NCBI RefSeq assembly: GCF_009914755.1
Contig: NC_060931.1
From: the human T2T-CHM13v2.0 reference genome, Homo sapiens
DNA length: 64,000 nt
Strand: one strand, 5' to 3'
In this document: positions 61,128 through 64,000 of the stretch, one piece after another
Position numbering within the stretch: position 1 is the stretch's first letter
Layout of the letters: each line of letters begins with the position of its first letter
Translations under genes and position numbers: made by a program
The notes under the pieces: generated by a model
The model's database searches: none
What the model saw: the letters and a program-made list of their open reading frames with translations, nothing else
Told to the model about the DNA's origin: nothing

Positions 61128-61314
61128 CATCCAATCTGTAATTTTTAACTTCTCAATAGCACTCCATCGTATGCTTCTACCACATTTTACATTTGTTACT
61201 GCCTGTTGATAGGCACCCAGATTGCACCTGGGTGCAATCCCGTTAGGGACCTATGGAATATATACTCAGGAGTGGAATTTCTGTGTCATATGGTTAACAA
61301 ATATGTGTGACTAA

Positions 61315-61662
<348 letters not shown>

Positions 61663-63610
61663 AAAATATATATTCTTATTGGCATGAGATTTTCCATATT
61701 CCTACAGCCTCAACAAACATTATTCAACCTCCACATTTTTGTCAGTCTACTACATTAAAGTAACATTTTAATTTGCATTTTAAAGAGATTTGGATTATTT
61801 CTGCATATACTTGTTAGTTGTTAAGGTTTCCTCTTTTATAAGTTACCTATTCATAACCTTTCCCTGTATTTCATTTGGAGTTCTCATCGTTTGCTTGTTG
61901 ATTTGCAAGAATTTCCTGTGAATTCTAAATAACAGTGCTCTGTCAGTTTTAGACACAGTAAACTATCTTCTCCCAATTGTCATCAGCTCATTCACTGTCC
62001 ATGGTATCCTTCATCTAATAGAAATCCTGAATTTTGATATGATTATGGTAAATAAAATACTTTTCTCCTTATATTTTGTGCTTTTAAAATTCCGTTTAAG
62101 AAGTTATCCTTTATTCTAGGTCTCAAAGGAAATCTTCTTTTAACCTTATAGTTTAGTCCTTCCTACTTAGGCCTTTAATCCGTCTCTAGGTCACCTTTAT
62201 ATGTGGCATTAGGTAGGGAACTAGTGTAATGGTTATCTGTATGGTAAGTAAATTTAGCCAAATCTGTTAATTAAATAGTTCATCTTTCCCTCATTAATTC
62301 ATAATTCATCTTAACTGTATATTTGCTCCCTATACTGACTCTGTTCCATTGATTTTTTTGGCTGTTCTTGCCTGACCACCCCAGTTTTTGCTACCACGTG
62401 TTTCTAATATGTCTTAAAGTCTGGAAGGGTAGGTCCCCCTACTCACTCCTCCTATGATCTTTGCTTTGTTGGTGGGTTTTTATCCTTCTATGTAAATTTC
62501 AGAGTAGATGCATTGAGCTCTGTAAATCAACTGGAATTTTGATTCAAAGGTGCAACACACATATTGGTTAATTGGAGACTAATTGATATCTTTAAAATAT
62601 TAAAAATCTATATCTGAGCATAGCATGTGTCTCCATTTACTCAGATCAACTTCTATGTACTTTATTACATATTAACTTTTTCTCTGGAAGGACCTCAGGT
62701 GTTCTTAAATTAATTCCTGGTTAGTTCTTATTACTAATGAGAATAACACTCTATTTTTAAATATTTTATATTTTGTTATTGTTGTAGAAAAATGCCATTT
62801 TGTTTTAGGTAGATCTGATACCCAGAAATCTTTCATTTATTCTAGTAGTTTGTCTTGTGTTTTCTAGGTAAGTGATCATATCATTTGCAAACAATAACAC
62901 TTTGATCTCTTCCTTTCCAGCATTTAGACTTCTCCCCCTTTTTTTTTTCTTTTTTTATAGTCAAACACAGCTATATTGTCTTTCAATAGCACTGATAACG
63001 GCCGTCTTATTCTATTCTCAGTCTTAAGGTAAATACGTCCAAATTTTTTTCAATAAAGATAATGTTTACTTTTTCTTTTTTGGTGTATTTTTACCAGTTT
63101 AAGGAATTTCCATAGTTCCTAATTTGCTAAGAGTTTTGTCATAAACAGCTGTTGAACTTTATCATGTATTTCTTCATCAATTGAGATAATTGTATGAATA
63201 TTGCCTTTTGGCCTATTAATACGATAAGTTATGTTAATAGATTTTTCTTTTGTTAAACCATCCTTGCTCACTTGGAATAAATCCTACTTGATAATGATGT
63301 GTTTGAATACATTGTTTAATTTGGTTAGCTAATATTTTAATTAGGATTTTTGTACTTATCATAAGTGAAATATGCCTATAGTTTTCTTTTCTTACATTGC
63401 TCTTACCTCATTTTGAAATAAAAACTATACTAACTTCAACTTTTATTCCTTCTCTTTTCTTGAAAATAATATGTAAAAGGTAGGATTTCATTGTTCTTTG
63501 TAAGTTTGATAGAATGAACCTTAAAACTATCTGGGCTTAGAGTTTGGGGAGATAAGATGTCTTTGGTTATCACTTCAATTTCTTTAATATTTTTGGTCTA
63601 ATTATGATCT

Positions 63611-63926
63611 TTATTTTATTTTATCATTTTATTTTGGGACAGGGTCTTACTCTGTCACCCCAGCTGGAGTGCAGTGGTGTGAGCACGGCTCACTGCTGCC
63701 TCAATCTCTTGGGCTCAAGCAATCCCCCACCTCAGCCTCCCAAGTAGCTAGGAACACACGTGTGTGCCACTATGCCCAGCCAATTATTTTTTATTTTTTG
63801 TAGAGACAAGATCTTACCATGTTGCCCAAGCTGGCTTTAAACTTCTGGGCTCAAGGGATCCCTGGATCCCCTGGCCTCAGCCTCCCAAAGTGCTGGGATT
63901 ACAGGCATGAACCATGACACCCTGCC
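63611..63926 (-). mobile_element. AluJ
   Basis: ACAGGGTCTTACTCTGTCACC...GGGCTCAAGCAATCC...GGGCTCAAGGGATCC, J-type diagnostics, diverged. Confidence 0.9.
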
Positions 63927-64000
63927 TCTCATTTTTTCCTTGTACCAATTTTGACTTTTTGTATTTTCTAAAAATGTATCCATTACATCTAGCCTATAAT

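Overview
Human genomic DNA (a near-consensus AluYb8, a human-specific subfamily, is present). I find no credible protein-coding exon; the listed ORFs are repeat, low-complexity or GC-rich artefacts. The central feature is a CpG island (~39.4-41.1 kb) holding a minus-strand non-coding first exon that ends in CCAG|GTAAGG at 39710. From memory this exon matches the PLXNA4 (plexin A4) 5'UTR; that is recall, not a search. On that reading 1-39709 is intron 1 and 41-64 kb is upstream (or intronic to a more distal promoter). The rest is a mosaic of Alu, L1, L2, L3/CR1, MIR, MER5/MER20, MER41, MLT and LTR16 remnants, microsatellites and a few candidate enhancers. Subfamily names and most boundaries are by eye and approximate. 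The most unusual element is a ~3.15 kb almost purine-free (CCT/CTT)n array with internal higher-order duplications, which appears to have grown from a short seed inside an L2 element. I found no evidence for a novel multi-gene system.
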